A stretch of 64,000 bases of DNA from an uncultured Thermodesulfobacteriota bacterium. GTDB taxonomy: Bacteria > Desulfobacterota > GWC2-55-46 > JADFVP01. Position 1 is the first letter of the stretch. Every line of letters begins with the position of its first letter. A program made the translations under genes and the position numbers. This document shows, one piece after another, positions 45,018 through 53,825 of the stretch. The DNA is taken from assembly GCA_964567185.1 (NCBI GenBank), contig CAZMKZ010000004.1:342-64341 (forward strand), given 5' to 3'. The notes beneath the pieces were generated by a model, which ran no database searches, was not told where the DNA came from, and saw nothing but the letters and a program-made list of their open reading frames with translations.

Positions 45018-45404
45018 CTGTATCCAAAAGCAAAGGTCCTGACCGCGGCGCGCCTGGCCCTTCAAAAACAGGCTAACAACCCCGTTGTACTCATGTTAAA
45101 AAAAATATCCTCGGTCTCCGATTATATCCTCATATGCGGGGCCGATTCTGAGAGGCAGGTCCATGCCATTGCCGATAATATAGAAGAGGGCCTCAGAATA
45201 AAAGGTGAGCGGCCCCTTGGCACAGAGGGCGTAAAAGAGGGCAGGTGGGCACTGCTGGACTATGGCGATGTCATCGTCCATGTCTTTACCGAGCCCATGA
45301 GGAGCTATTACGACCTTGAGGGGCTCTGGGTAGACGCCGAGGTAGTGGAGCTGAAAGCCAGAGGGGTGAAGCGTATCAGCAAGGCCGGCGGGTTAAAGGT
45401 CTGA
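45018..45404 (+). CDS. rsfS: Ribosome silencing factor RsfS (iojap); start codon uncertain, possibly CTG
   Basis: SDYILICGADSERQVHAIADNI...WALLDYGDVIVHVFTEPMRSYYDLEGLW is the RsfS core. Family-like N-terminal sequence (KVLTAARLALQKQANNPVVL) lies upstream of the first ATG at 45093, where no ATG/GTG/TTG is in frame. CTG at 45018 follows GAGAGGG. Confidence 0.75.
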   Translation: MYPKAKVLTAARLALQKQANNPVVLMLKKISSVSDYILICGADSERQVHAIADNIEEGLRIKGERPLGTEGVKEGRWALLDYGDVIVHVFTEPMRSYYDLEGLWVDAEVVELKARGVKRISKAGGLKV

Positions 45405-45615
45405 ACCTCCCTGTCTTGAAGCCATCCACTCCACCCAAGCGGCACTGAAGGATTGTAATGCCAGGCGTTGCCGTGAAAAACGCCTTAGGCGAGTTCATCT
45501 TAAAACCCTTCCTGGCATATACCGGGATTTGGGACCTTTCGGCGGTTATGAGGATAAAACATAGATACATGAAAGTCAGGGCGTCTCGTCTAAACATGAA
45601 AAACCCCTGCGGGGT

Positions 45616-46092
45616 ATGAAGATAACCTTTGTGCTTATCGGCTCCCTGAAAAAGAGCTACCTGCGAGAGGGGTTCGAAGAGTACGTGAAGAGGCTTGGCA
45701 GGTATTGCACTGTTGAGGTTGCCGAGATAAAAGACAGCCTTTTTCGAAAAAAGGCAGACCCTGAGGCCGGGCTGAAAAAAGAGGCCGGGAGGATAGAAAA
45801 ACGCCTTGCAGGGGGAGGCGCCTTGAGGGTAGCGCTTACGGAACAAAGAGAGGCAAGGACCTTTACCTCCCGCGCCTTTGCCTCCTTTATGGATGATAGG
45901 CTCACCGAGGGACGGAACCTCGCCTTTATAATAGGCGGTCCCTATGGCCTTGAGAGGGACCTCATTAAAAAATGCGATATGGCCCTCTCACTATCGCCCA
46001 TGACCTTTCCGCACGAGATGGCGGCCCTTGCCCTTGCCGAGCAGGTATACAGGGCCTTTACCATATTAAGGGGAGAGCCCTACTCCCATTAA
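45616..46092 (+). CDS. rlmH: 23S rRNA (pseudouridine1915-N3)-methyltransferase
   Basis: MKITFVLIGSLKK...FIIGGPYGL...LSLSPMTFPHEMAALALAEQVYRAFTILRGEPYSH. Confidence 0.88.
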   Translation: MKITFVLIGSLKKSYLREGFEEYVKRLGRYCTVEVAEIKDSLFRKKADPEAGLKKEAGRIEKRLAGGGALRVALTEQREARTFTSRAFASFMDDRLTEGRNLAFIIGGPYGLERDLIKKCDMALSLSPMTFPHEMAALALAEQVYRAFTILRGEPYSH

Positions 46093-46295
46093 CGCGGGGC
46101 CGGAGTCCGGGAGGACAGTCAGCCGATGCTATTGCGCTCTGCTTTTCGCCGGGGTAGAGGGGGCCGTGGACTAATGGGGCGAGGGGCTTCTTTAATGACG
46201 CCGGAGGACCTTCCACGATTGGTTTTCTTTGCCTGTTTTTTTTCTAAAAGAAAGCAGGTGGCCATGGTCCAATCCATGCAAAGAGAGAAAGGAAT

Positions 46296-47615
46296 ATGAA
46301 CGTTAAATTATTATTTTTTCTTGCCATCGTCGCGCTATCGAGCTTTTTTTATCTCTATGTAGAGAATCCGGGCAACGCTACGGTGGTCCTTGCCAAAGAT
46401 TACAGCTACACGCTTCCCCTTGTGCTTATCCTCTTTCTGAGTTTCCTTGTCGGTGTCTTCATGATGGGAGTGGACTCTGTCATATCCGATACGATGAGGT
46501 CGATTAGGGCAAATAAGGCAAAAAAGGCGGCAAAGGCCGTGGAAGAGGCAAAGAAGACCTACGTCAACGGCCTTGAGGCCATGGCGAGGGCCGAGTACAA
46601 GAGCGCCCGCGAGCAGATAGAAAAGGCCCTCCTCGCCATGCCAGGGGATCTGGCCATGACGCTTTCGCTTGCCGAGACTCACAGCCGTGAGGGCAACCCC
46701 CATGAGGCCGTTGACGCACTGGAGACGGAGCTCTTTCACAACCCCACCTCCATTGTAATACTGACGGCCCTTGGCAAACGCGCAAGAGAGGCAGGCGAGG
46801 CCGATCGGGCCGCCAGGGCCTTTGAAGAAGTGCTCAAGCTGGACAAGGGTAACTCCCATGCCCTGAGGCAGCTTCGTGACATCAAGATAGGCGAGGGCCT
46901 CTGGACCGAGGCGGCGGAGCTTGAGCAGAAGATAATAGATGGCAATAAAAAAGGGTGGTTCCGCGGAGGGGGCCATGACAGCGGCAAACTGCCCGGCATC
47001 CTCTATGAGCAGGCAAGGGGCCTGTACGAGGAGGGCAATCTGGACGGCGCCGAGGCAATCCTCAAGGAGGCCCTTAAAAAAGACGACGCCTTTACACCGG
47101 CGCAGATGCTCTTTGGAGATGTGTACAAGAAAAAATACGGGGCCTACGAGGCCCTCATGGTATGGGAAAAGGCCTACTCAAGGGCCCCCGGCAACGCCGC
47201 CCTGCTATTCAGGATAGAGGACTACCAGATTAGCGAGTCCGCGCCCCAGAAGATGATAGACCTGTATAAAAGAGAGCTGGCCGAGAGGCCCGACGACGTA
47301 AACCTCAGAATGCTCCTTGCGAGATTCTATCTCAGGGTCGAGATGGTGGAGCGGGCCGTAGACGAGCTCGAAGCCCTTCATGGCCAGGGCAAAGAGTGTT
47401 ACTATTCGAAGATACTTCTCGCCACGGCCTACTCCAAACAGGGCTATGACGCCAGGGCCGCCGGGATGTTCGGCCAGGCCATCGGCCTTGACGGCGCCAA
47501 AACCAATCCATCCTTTACCTGCTCACATTGCTCCACCACCTTCAGGCAATGGGCCGGAAGGTGCGGCTTCTGCGGAGAATGGAATACGCTGCATATGAAC
47601 CCCGAGGCACGCTGA
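46296..47615 (+). CDS. lapB: LapA-like N-terminal membrane domain fused to LapB (YciM)-like TPR + rubredoxin-type zinc-finger protein
   Basis: Two N-terminal TM helices around ENPGNATVVL (LapA/DUF1049-like). TPR-like repeats. C-terminal CSHCSTTFRQWAGRCGFCGEWNT. Confidence 0.75.
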   Translation: MNVKLLFFLAIVALSSFFYLYVENPGNATVVLAKDYSYTLPLVLILFLSFLVGVFMMGVDSVISDTMRSIRANKAKKAAKAVEEAKKTYVNGLEAMARAEYKSAREQIEKALLAMPGDLAMTLSLAETHSREGNPHEAVDALETELFHNPTSIVILTALGKRAREAGEADRAARAFEEVLKLDKGNSHALRQLRDIKIGEGLWTEAAELEQKIIDGNKKGWFRGGGHDSGKLPGILYEQARGLYEEGNLDGAEAILKEALKKDDAFTPAQMLFGDVYKKKYGAYEALMVWEKAYSRAPGNAALLFRIEDYQISESAPQKMIDLYKRELAERPDDVNLRMLLARFYLRVEMVERAVDELEALHGQGKECYYSKILLATAYSKQGYDARAAGMFGQAIGLDGAKTNPSFTCSHCSTTFRQWAGRCGFCGEWNTLHMNPEAR

Positions 47616-47657
47616 AGGCCGCAAGTCTCAAGCCCGCCATAAGGTCATGAATTCGAG

Positions 47658-49190
47658 GTGAGAATATTGAAACGCGTCTGTCTTATAGTGCTTGACGGCT
47701 GGGGCCTCAACCCGCGCATGGAAGGCAACGCCATCCGCATCGCCTCTACGCCCAACATCGACTCCTATTACAGGACATACCCCTGGACAGAGCTTATGAC
47801 ATCAGGGCCTGCCGTGGGGCTTCCCAAAGGCCAGATGGGAAACTCCGAGGTGGGCCACCTCACCATGGGCTCTGGCCGCGTAGTGGACCAGGAGCTTACG
47901 AGGATAACAAAGGCCGTCAAAGACGGCTCCCTTGCCGCAAATCCCGTGCTATTGGAGTTCATCGATAAGGTTCTCTCGGCAAAGGGCGCCCTTCACCTTA
48001 CGGGGCTCCTCTCCGACGGCGGTGTTCACAGCCACATAAACCATCTCTACGCCCTCATCGATATAGCCGCCAGGCGGGGAGTAAAGGACATACGCGTTCA
48101 CGCAATACTCGACGGAAGGGATACCCCGCCTGATAGCGGCGCGGGTTTCGTAAGAGACCTTGTGGCCCGCTTGAAAGAAAAGGGCATCGGCAGGGTAGCC
48201 ACCGTATCGGGCCGCTACTACGCCATGGACAGGGACAAACGCTGGGACAGGGTGGAAAAGGCCTACGACGCCATGACTTCAGGCAAGGGCGAAAAGGCCG
48301 GGACGGCAGTGGGGGCCGTAGAGGACTCATACGCCGCGGGCCTTACCGATGAGTTCATGCTGCCCACCATCATAGAAGAGGGGTTTGCGCCGGTAGCCGA
48401 CAACGACGGCCTGCTCTTTTTCAACTTCAGGGCCGACAGGGCAAGGGAGATAGTCACGGCCTTTATTGAAAAAGAGTTTACTGGTTTCAAGAGGACGGCC
48501 CTGCCGCAATTATCGGCCATCGCCACCATGACCCCTTATGATGAGCGTTTCCATGTGCCCGTGCTTTTCAGCCCCGAAGACCTGAAAAACATCCTCGGCG
48601 AGGTGCTCTCTCGCGAAGGCGTGAGGCAGTTTCGTGTAAGCGAGACGGAAAAATACGCCCATGTCACCTTTTTCTTTAACGGCGGCATAGAAAAACCCTT
48701 CAAGGGCGAAGACCGCCTCGTCATACCCTCTGTAAAAAACGTAGCCACCTATGATCTGGTGCCGGAGATGAGGGCGCTGGAGATAGCCACCATTGCATCG
48801 GAGAAGATTGAGCAGGGAGGTTATTCTTTTATCCTTCTTAATATAGCCAACGGCGACATGGTGGGGCACACCGGTGTGCTTGAGGCCGCTGTGAAGGCAT
48901 GCGAGGCCGTGGACAGGGCAGTTAAAATGGTGGCCGAAACGGCGCTCAAAGATGGATGGACCGTTATCATCACCGCGGACCACGGTAATGTAGAGCAGAT
49001 GATAGATGAAAAGACAGGCCGCCCGTTTACGGCCCATATGGTGAGCAACGTGCCGTTTATCCTTCTCGATAAGGACCATAAGGGGATAGAACTCAGAAAG
49101 GGAGGGGGGCTGAAAGACGTAGCCCCAACAGTATTGAAACTCATGGAGATAAAAAAACCCGAAGAGATGACGGGCGAGCCGCTCTTTTAG
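47658..49190 (+). CDS. gpmI: 2,3-bisphosphoglycerate-independent phosphoglycerate mutase
   Basis: CLIVLDGWGL, GNSEVGHLTMGSGR, ITADHGN. Start is GTG 47658 or, better spaced from GAGGTG, TTG 47667. Confidence 0.9.
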   Translation: MRILKRVCLIVLDGWGLNPRMEGNAIRIASTPNIDSYYRTYPWTELMTSGPAVGLPKGQMGNSEVGHLTMGSGRVVDQELTRITKAVKDGSLAANPVLLEFIDKVLSAKGALHLTGLLSDGGVHSHINHLYALIDIAARRGVKDIRVHAILDGRDTPPDSGAGFVRDLVARLKEKGIGRVATVSGRYYAMDRDKRWDRVEKAYDAMTSGKGEKAGTAVGAVEDSYAAGLTDEFMLPTIIEEGFAPVADNDGLLFFNFRADRAREIVTAFIEKEFTGFKRTALPQLSAIATMTPYDERFHVPVLFSPEDLKNILGEVLSREGVRQFRVSETEKYAHVTFFFNGGIEKPFKGEDRLVIPSVKNVATYDLVPEMRALEIATIASEKIEQGGYSFILLNIANGDMVGHTGVLEAAVKACEAVDRAVKMVAETALKDGWTVIITADHGNVEQMIDEKTGRPFTAHMVSNVPFILLDKDHKGIELRKGGGLKDVAPTVLKLMEIKKPEEMTGEPLF

Positions 49191-49294
49191 AGCGGTGGGG
49201 GGGGATGCGGGGCGGCTTAAGGGTCATAATGCCTTGCCTGCGATAGGTTTTTGTTGTCTTACTTTCTTTTTTCAGGATAAAGTAAGGGGGTGTC

Positions 49295-49468
49295 ATGAGC
49301 AACGATAGCGAGACCTTATCAGGGTATCTTCAGTGTCCGCTCTGCGACGCCGAGGTGCCCCTCTCCGAAGATGACAAGACAGGGGACCAGGTCTTCTGCA
49401 CTTACTGCCAGTGTCCGCTAAGGGTAAGAAAAAAGGCGGAAAAGGTCTACCTCGTCGAGGACTTCTAA
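49295..49468 (+). CDS. 57-aa zinc-ribbon small protein (LysW-like CPxC...CxxC layout)
   Basis: Hand translation gives MSNDSETLSGYLQCPLCDAEVPLSEDDKTGDQVFCTYCQCPLRVRKKAEKVYLVEDF. AAGGGGG Shine-Dalgarno upstream. Below the ORF-track cutoff. Confidence 0.5.
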   Translation: MSNDSETLSGYLQCPLCDAEVPLSEDDKTGDQVFCTYCQCPLRVRKKAEKVYLVEDF

Positions 49469-49566
49469 CCCCCTCTTCGTACCCCTTTTCATGGGTTTTA
49501 TCTTGTCCCCTCACACCGGGCTTTTTTTGTGGCGCAATAGAATCAATCCAGACAACTTGAGGTTAT

Positions 49567-50745
49567 GTGAAGATTAAGAAGGCCGTTATTCTCGTCATTG
49601 ACGGGCTTGGCGTGGGAGCCCTGCCCGATGCAGGGGCCTACGGCGACACGGGCAGCCATACCCTTGATAATACGGCAAAGGCCGTGGGCGGGCTTCATAT
49701 ACCCAACCTTGTTGACCTTGGTCTTGGTCTCATCGAAGGCGTGAGGGAGATTGAGAGGACGTCCTCTCCGCTCGCCTCCTTCGGGCGCATGGCAGAGGCC
49801 TCGCCAGGTAAAGACAGCATTACAGGACACTGGGAGATGGCGGGCATAATTCTTGAGAGGCCGTTCCCTACATTTCCCGGGGGTTTTCCACCGGAGATGC
49901 TCGATGAATTCACAAGGGTTACGGGCAAGGGGTGGCTCTGGGGGCTGGCGGCGTCAGGCACGGAGATAATAGAGAGGTTAGGGGCCGAGCATCTCGCCAC
50001 GGGCAAGCTCATTGTCTATACCTCGGCGGACAGCGTCTTTCAGATAGCGGCCCATGAGGATGTGCTCGGCATTGATGAACTTTACGGCGTATGTGAAAAG
50101 TCACGCGCTTTTCTTGACCGCTACAATGTGCAGAGGGTCATCGCGAGGCCCTTTATCGGGCAACGGGGCGCCTTTACACGCACCTACGACAGAAGGGATT
50201 TTTCCATCACCCCGCCGCGGGCTACTCTTCTTGATAGACTCGTGGAGGCGGGCATATCCGTAACGGGGGTAGGTAAAATCGGCGATATCTTCGCCCACCA
50301 GGGCCTTACGGAGGAGATCCACACAACAGGCGATATGGACGGCATGACCCGCACCATGGAGGCGCTCTGCAAGAGACAGGGAGAGCGGGGCCTTATATTC
50401 ACCAACCTCGTTGACCTTGACATGAGGTACGGGCACAGGTGCGACGCCGGTGGCTGCGCCCGCGCCCTTGAGGCCATAGACAAGAGATTGGCCGGGTTGA
50501 TGGAGAAGCTCGGCCCTGAAGATATATTCATCATAACCGGCGACCACGGCTGCGACCCCACCACGCCTTCCACGGACCACTCCCGTGAGTACGCGCCTCT
50601 GCTCGTCTTTGGGCCGGGTCTGAAGTCCGGCGTAGACCTCGGCACAAGAAAGACATTCGCGGATATAGGCGCCACGCTTTACCGCGGCTTTGGCCTCGGG
50701 CAGGCCGGGGCCGGAGATTCTTTTCTCCCGGCCATAAGACCTTGA
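49567..50745 (+). CDS. deoB: Phosphopentomutase
   Basis: KAVILVIDGLGVGALPDAGAYGDTGSHTLDN ... ITGDHGCDPT. GTG start. Confidence 0.88.
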   Translation: MKIKKAVILVIDGLGVGALPDAGAYGDTGSHTLDNTAKAVGGLHIPNLVDLGLGLIEGVREIERTSSPLASFGRMAEASPGKDSITGHWEMAGIILERPFPTFPGGFPPEMLDEFTRVTGKGWLWGLAASGTEIIERLGAEHLATGKLIVYTSADSVFQIAAHEDVLGIDELYGVCEKSRAFLDRYNVQRVIARPFIGQRGAFTRTYDRRDFSITPPRATLLDRLVEAGISVTGVGKIGDIFAHQGLTEEIHTTGDMDGMTRTMEALCKRQGERGLIFTNLVDLDMRYGHRCDAGGCARALEAIDKRLAGLMEKLGPEDIFIITGDHGCDPTTPSTDHSREYAPLLVFGPGLKSGVDLGTRKTFADIGATLYRGFGLGQAGAGDSFLPAIRP

Positions 50746-50782
50746 GTCAGCACAAGGGCTTCAACGGGCCATGGCTTTTGCC

Positions 50783-50811
50783 TTGACCGCCATGAAAAAA
50801 TAGCGTAATAT
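50783..50811 (+). promoter_or_regulatory. Candidate promoter TTGACC-17-TAATAT
   Basis: TTGACC at 50783-50788 and TAATAT at 50806-50811, about 20 nt before the riboswitch-like element. Confidence 0.5.
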
Positions 50812-50832
50812 CGAATAGAAAATTAAATATTT

Positions 50833-50940
50833 TTATCTCCGAGCCCTTCTTCTCCTAAGGTTTTCTTCAAAATTAAGGAGGCTGGGCCGTTCAGGGTATA
50901 TCGGGAAACGGATATGCCTCCCCACTTGGAAAGGAGAGTC
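50833..50940 (+). promoter_or_regulatory. Molybdenum-cofactor (Moco) riboswitch-like leader
   Basis: AUCUCCGAGCC ... GGGAAACGG ... UGCCUCCCC ... UUGGAAAGGAGAG, as I recall the Moco RNA motif. Located upstream of modABC. Confidence 0.6.
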
Positions 50941-50946
50941 TGCTTG

Positions 50947-50977
50947 AAACCGGCCTCCCTGTGGCCGGTTTTTTTTG
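50947..50977 (+). terminator. Intrinsic terminator (expression platform) after the Moco-like element
   Basis: AAACCGGCC-TCCCTGT-GGCCGGTTT followed by a T run. Confidence 0.7.
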
Positions 50978-51097
50978 TCTGGAGCATATGTAACGTAAGA
51001 CGAGTCTTTTCTTGAAAAGGCGGGTCTTGCATCTTTATGTTTGGGATAAGTTTTTTGTGCAACGGTCATAGGCAAAGAAAATGTATTTTTGTAGTAG

Positions 51098-51904
51098 GTG
51101 AAGAGCGGTTTGAAAAAAATAAAAATAATTTTATTCGTCTTCTTTATCGTAGCCATCTTCATGCCCTTTTTCGCGCGGTCGGTCTTCGCCGACGAAGGGG
51201 AAGTGATTAGCGTTGCCGCGGCAAGCAGTTTTTCATATGCCCTCCGGGAAATCAAAGAGGGTTTTGAGGCAGGCGGTAATGTCAGGGTAAGGCTCATATT
51301 CGGCTCTTCGGGGCTGCTCGCGAGGCAGATACAGGGGGGCGCGCCCTTTGATGTCTTTATCTCGGCCAATAGCGGGTTTATGGGCGACCTTGCACAATCC
51401 GGGGCCGTCCGTGCGGATTCCATGAGGCGCTTTGCCACAGGGGCCCTTGTATTGGCTATCCGTAATGAGGCCGGGGGAGTCGAGGTGAGAGGCCTTGACG
51501 GTCTTCTTGACAAAAACATAAGGAGGGTGGCAATAGCCAACCCCGACCACGCACCTTACGGCAGGGCCGCCGTGGAGGCCATGAAAAAGGCGGGGCTATT
51601 TGAAAAAATAAGAAAAAAACTCGTATATGGAGAGAACGTGCGGCAGGCTCTGCAGTTTGTGGAAAGCGGCAACGTCACGGCCGGCTTCATCGCCCTCTCC
51701 ATCGCCCCCCCGTCACCCGAGAGGGCGGGGCGCAGGGGGATAAGGGTACTTTCCATAGACCAATCGCTCTATAATCCCATTGAGCAGACCGTGGCCGTGG
51801 TAAGGTCTACGAGACATGGCAGGTCAGCAAGGGAGTTTATTGATTATCTTACGGGCTCCCATGGGCAGAAGGTTTTGGAAAAGTACGGCTTTATAGCGCC
51901 TTGA
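51098..51904 (+). CDS. modA: Molybdate ABC transporter periplasmic binding protein
   Basis: Signal peptide. VISVAAASSFSYALREI...IFGSSGLLARQIQGGAPFDVFISAN. Start is GTG 51098 or TTG 51110. Confidence 0.85.
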   Translation: MKSGLKKIKIILFVFFIVAIFMPFFARSVFADEGEVISVAAASSFSYALREIKEGFEAGGNVRVRLIFGSSGLLARQIQGGAPFDVFISANSGFMGDLAQSGAVRADSMRRFATGALVLAIRNEAGGVEVRGLDGLLDKNIRRVAIANPDHAPYGRAAVEAMKKAGLFEKIRKKLVYGENVRQALQFVESGNVTAGFIALSIAPPSPERAGRRGIRVLSIDQSLYNPIEQTVAVVRSTRHGRSAREFIDYLTGSHGQKVLEKYGFIAP

Positions 51905-51935
51905 TATGAAAGTAACGAAGAGGGACTTCTGACTT

Positions 51936-52592
51936 ATGAATCTATTCCCGCTTTACCTCACCATAAAGGTCTCCCTGACGGCTACAGTCTTTGTAGTAGT
52001 CATCGGACTTGGCCTTGCACTGCTCTTGGCGCGAAGGAATTTTCCCGGCAAGCATGTCCTTGACGTGCTCATCATGGGTCCCCTTGTCCTTCCCCCCACT
52101 GTGCTGGGTTATTATCTCCTTACGCTCCTGGGTCACTCTACTTTTATCGGCGCTTTTCTTACAGACCGCCTCGGCATTGAGCTGATATTTACCTGGAAGG
52201 GCGCAGTTGTGGCGGCGCTTGTGGCGGCCCTGCCCCTCTTTGTAAAACCCGCCAGAGCCGCCATTGAGGGCGTTAGCCGGGAGTATGAGGACGCGGCAAG
52301 GCTCCTTGGCAAGACGGAATTACAGGTCTTTCGCACCATTACACTGCCCCTTGCCTGGCGCGGCATAGCCGCCGGAACCGTCATGGCTTTTGCGCGCGCC
52401 ACAGGCGAGTTCGGCGCAACGCTCATGGTGGCGGGCAATATTCCCGGCCTTACAAGGACCATGCCCCTTGCCATATATAACGCCGTGCAGATGGGCGATA
52501 ATCATACAGCGAATATACTGGTTTTGATAGTAACTCTCTTTTCTTTTATCGTGCTTTACATCGCTGGTATATTCACAAGAGGCAGGTTTTAG
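51936..52592 (+). CDS. modB: Molybdate ABC transporter permease
   Basis: 218 aa with five helices and EAA-like loop EDAARLLGKTELQVFRTITLPLA. Confidence 0.85.
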   Translation: MNLFPLYLTIKVSLTATVFVVVIGLGLALLLARRNFPGKHVLDVLIMGPLVLPPTVLGYYLLTLLGHSTFIGAFLTDRLGIELIFTWKGAVVAALVAALPLFVKPARAAIEGVSREYEDAARLLGKTELQVFRTITLPLAWRGIAAGTVMAFARATGEFGATLMVAGNIPGLTRTMPLAIYNAVQMGDNHTANILVLIVTLFSFIVLYIAGIFTRGRF

Positions 52593-52726
52593 GGGGGTAT
52601 GTTTTTGAAAGTACGTAAAGGAGCCCCGGTGGGGGGCAACGCTTTTTCAGTGGCGTAGGGGTTTATTCCAGATTGTTTGTCTTTGCCTGCGTTCTTTTTT
52701 CCAAAAGACGGTAAGGGGCCTTTTTA

Positions 52727-53815
52727 ATGAGTCTTTCTTTAAAACTTAAAAAATCTTTCAAGGGTTTCTCCCTTGACGTCTCTCTTTCCATGGGCGAGGA
52801 GCTGAACGTGCTTTTCGGGCCCTCAGGGGCCGGCAAAAGCCTGATTCTAAAACTCATCTCCGGCATTGAGATCCCTGATGAGGGCCTTGTGGAGATAGGC
52901 GGGGACACTGTTTTTAATTCCGCGCGCGGCGTAAACGTACCCGTAAGAAAGAGAAAGGTAGGTTATCTCTTTCAGGACTACGCGCTCTTTCCTCATATGA
53001 ATGTCTCTCATAATATCGCTTACGGCATAGGCGGCGTTGGTAAGGCAGAAGTTGCGGGCGTTGTCAGCGAGCTCCTTGAGATAATGCGTCTGAAGGGCCT
53101 TGAGCATAGATTCCCTCATGAGCTCTCAGGCGGGCAGAAGCAGAGAGCGGCCCTTGCAAGGACCCTTGCCACCTCGCCGCGCATACTTCTGCTTGACGAG
53201 CCCTTCTCGGCCCTTGACTATCAGGTAAGGGAAAAACTGCGGCGCGACCTCATGCGTATACACGAGCGTTTTCCCATAACCATTATCCTCGTTACCCACG
53301 ACCTTGAGGAGGCCTTTATGATGGGCAGCTCCATAGCCGTGGTAAATAACGGCGCGGTGGAGCAGTTCGGCCCCGGCGAGGACGTCTTTTACAGGCCCGC
53401 CACGCGGAACGTGGCGCGTTTTGTAGGAACAAGGAATATCTTTTCCGGCTCCATACGTTCAGTTTCCGGCGGCCTTGTAACCCTGCGGAGTCGGGCTACC
53501 GGTGAGCTGAGGGCGGTGGCCGGGCCCGGCAGCGCCTTTGTGGCGGGCCAGGAGGTTGCCTTCTGCATAAGGCCCGAGGAGATACCCGTTGTGAGAAAGG
53601 ACAGGGCCCTGGAAGATGGCCGCAGGCCTAATGTCATGGACGGCAGAATCGTCTCCATAACGGGCAGGGGCACAACGCATAGTATCTTCGTGGATACGGG
53701 CATGTGCCAGTTGAAGGTGGAACTGCCCAACTTCGTCATGAGGGATTTAGCCCTTGCCGAGGGCCATGATATCAGTCTATTATTAAAGAAGGAGAGTATC
53801 TGGATAATACCCTGA
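52727..53815 (+). CDS. modC: Molybdate ABC transporter ATP-binding protein with C-terminal TOBE-like domain
   Basis: GPSGAGKS, LSGGQKQRAALARTL, LLLDEP. C-terminal beta-rich region. Confidence 0.85.
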   Translation: MSLSLKLKKSFKGFSLDVSLSMGEELNVLFGPSGAGKSLILKLISGIEIPDEGLVEIGGDTVFNSARGVNVPVRKRKVGYLFQDYALFPHMNVSHNIAYGIGGVGKAEVAGVVSELLEIMRLKGLEHRFPHELSGGQKQRAALARTLATSPRILLLDEPFSALDYQVREKLRRDLMRIHERFPITIILVTHDLEEAFMMGSSIAVVNNGAVEQFGPGEDVFYRPATRNVARFVGTRNIFSGSIRSVSGGLVTLRSRATGELRAVAGPGSAFVAGQEVAFCIRPEEIPVVRKDRALEDGRRPNVMDGRIVSITGRGTTHSIFVDTGMCQLKVELPNFVMRDLALAEGHDISLLLKKESIWIIP

Positions 53816-53825
53816 GGCAGAGCGC

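Noticed and set aside
50833-51540. 235-aa minus-strand ORF over the Moco-like leader and modA (also 62017-62832 opposite the YhdP-like gene)
   Set aside because: Both are antisense to confidently called features, have low-complexity translations and lack translation signals.
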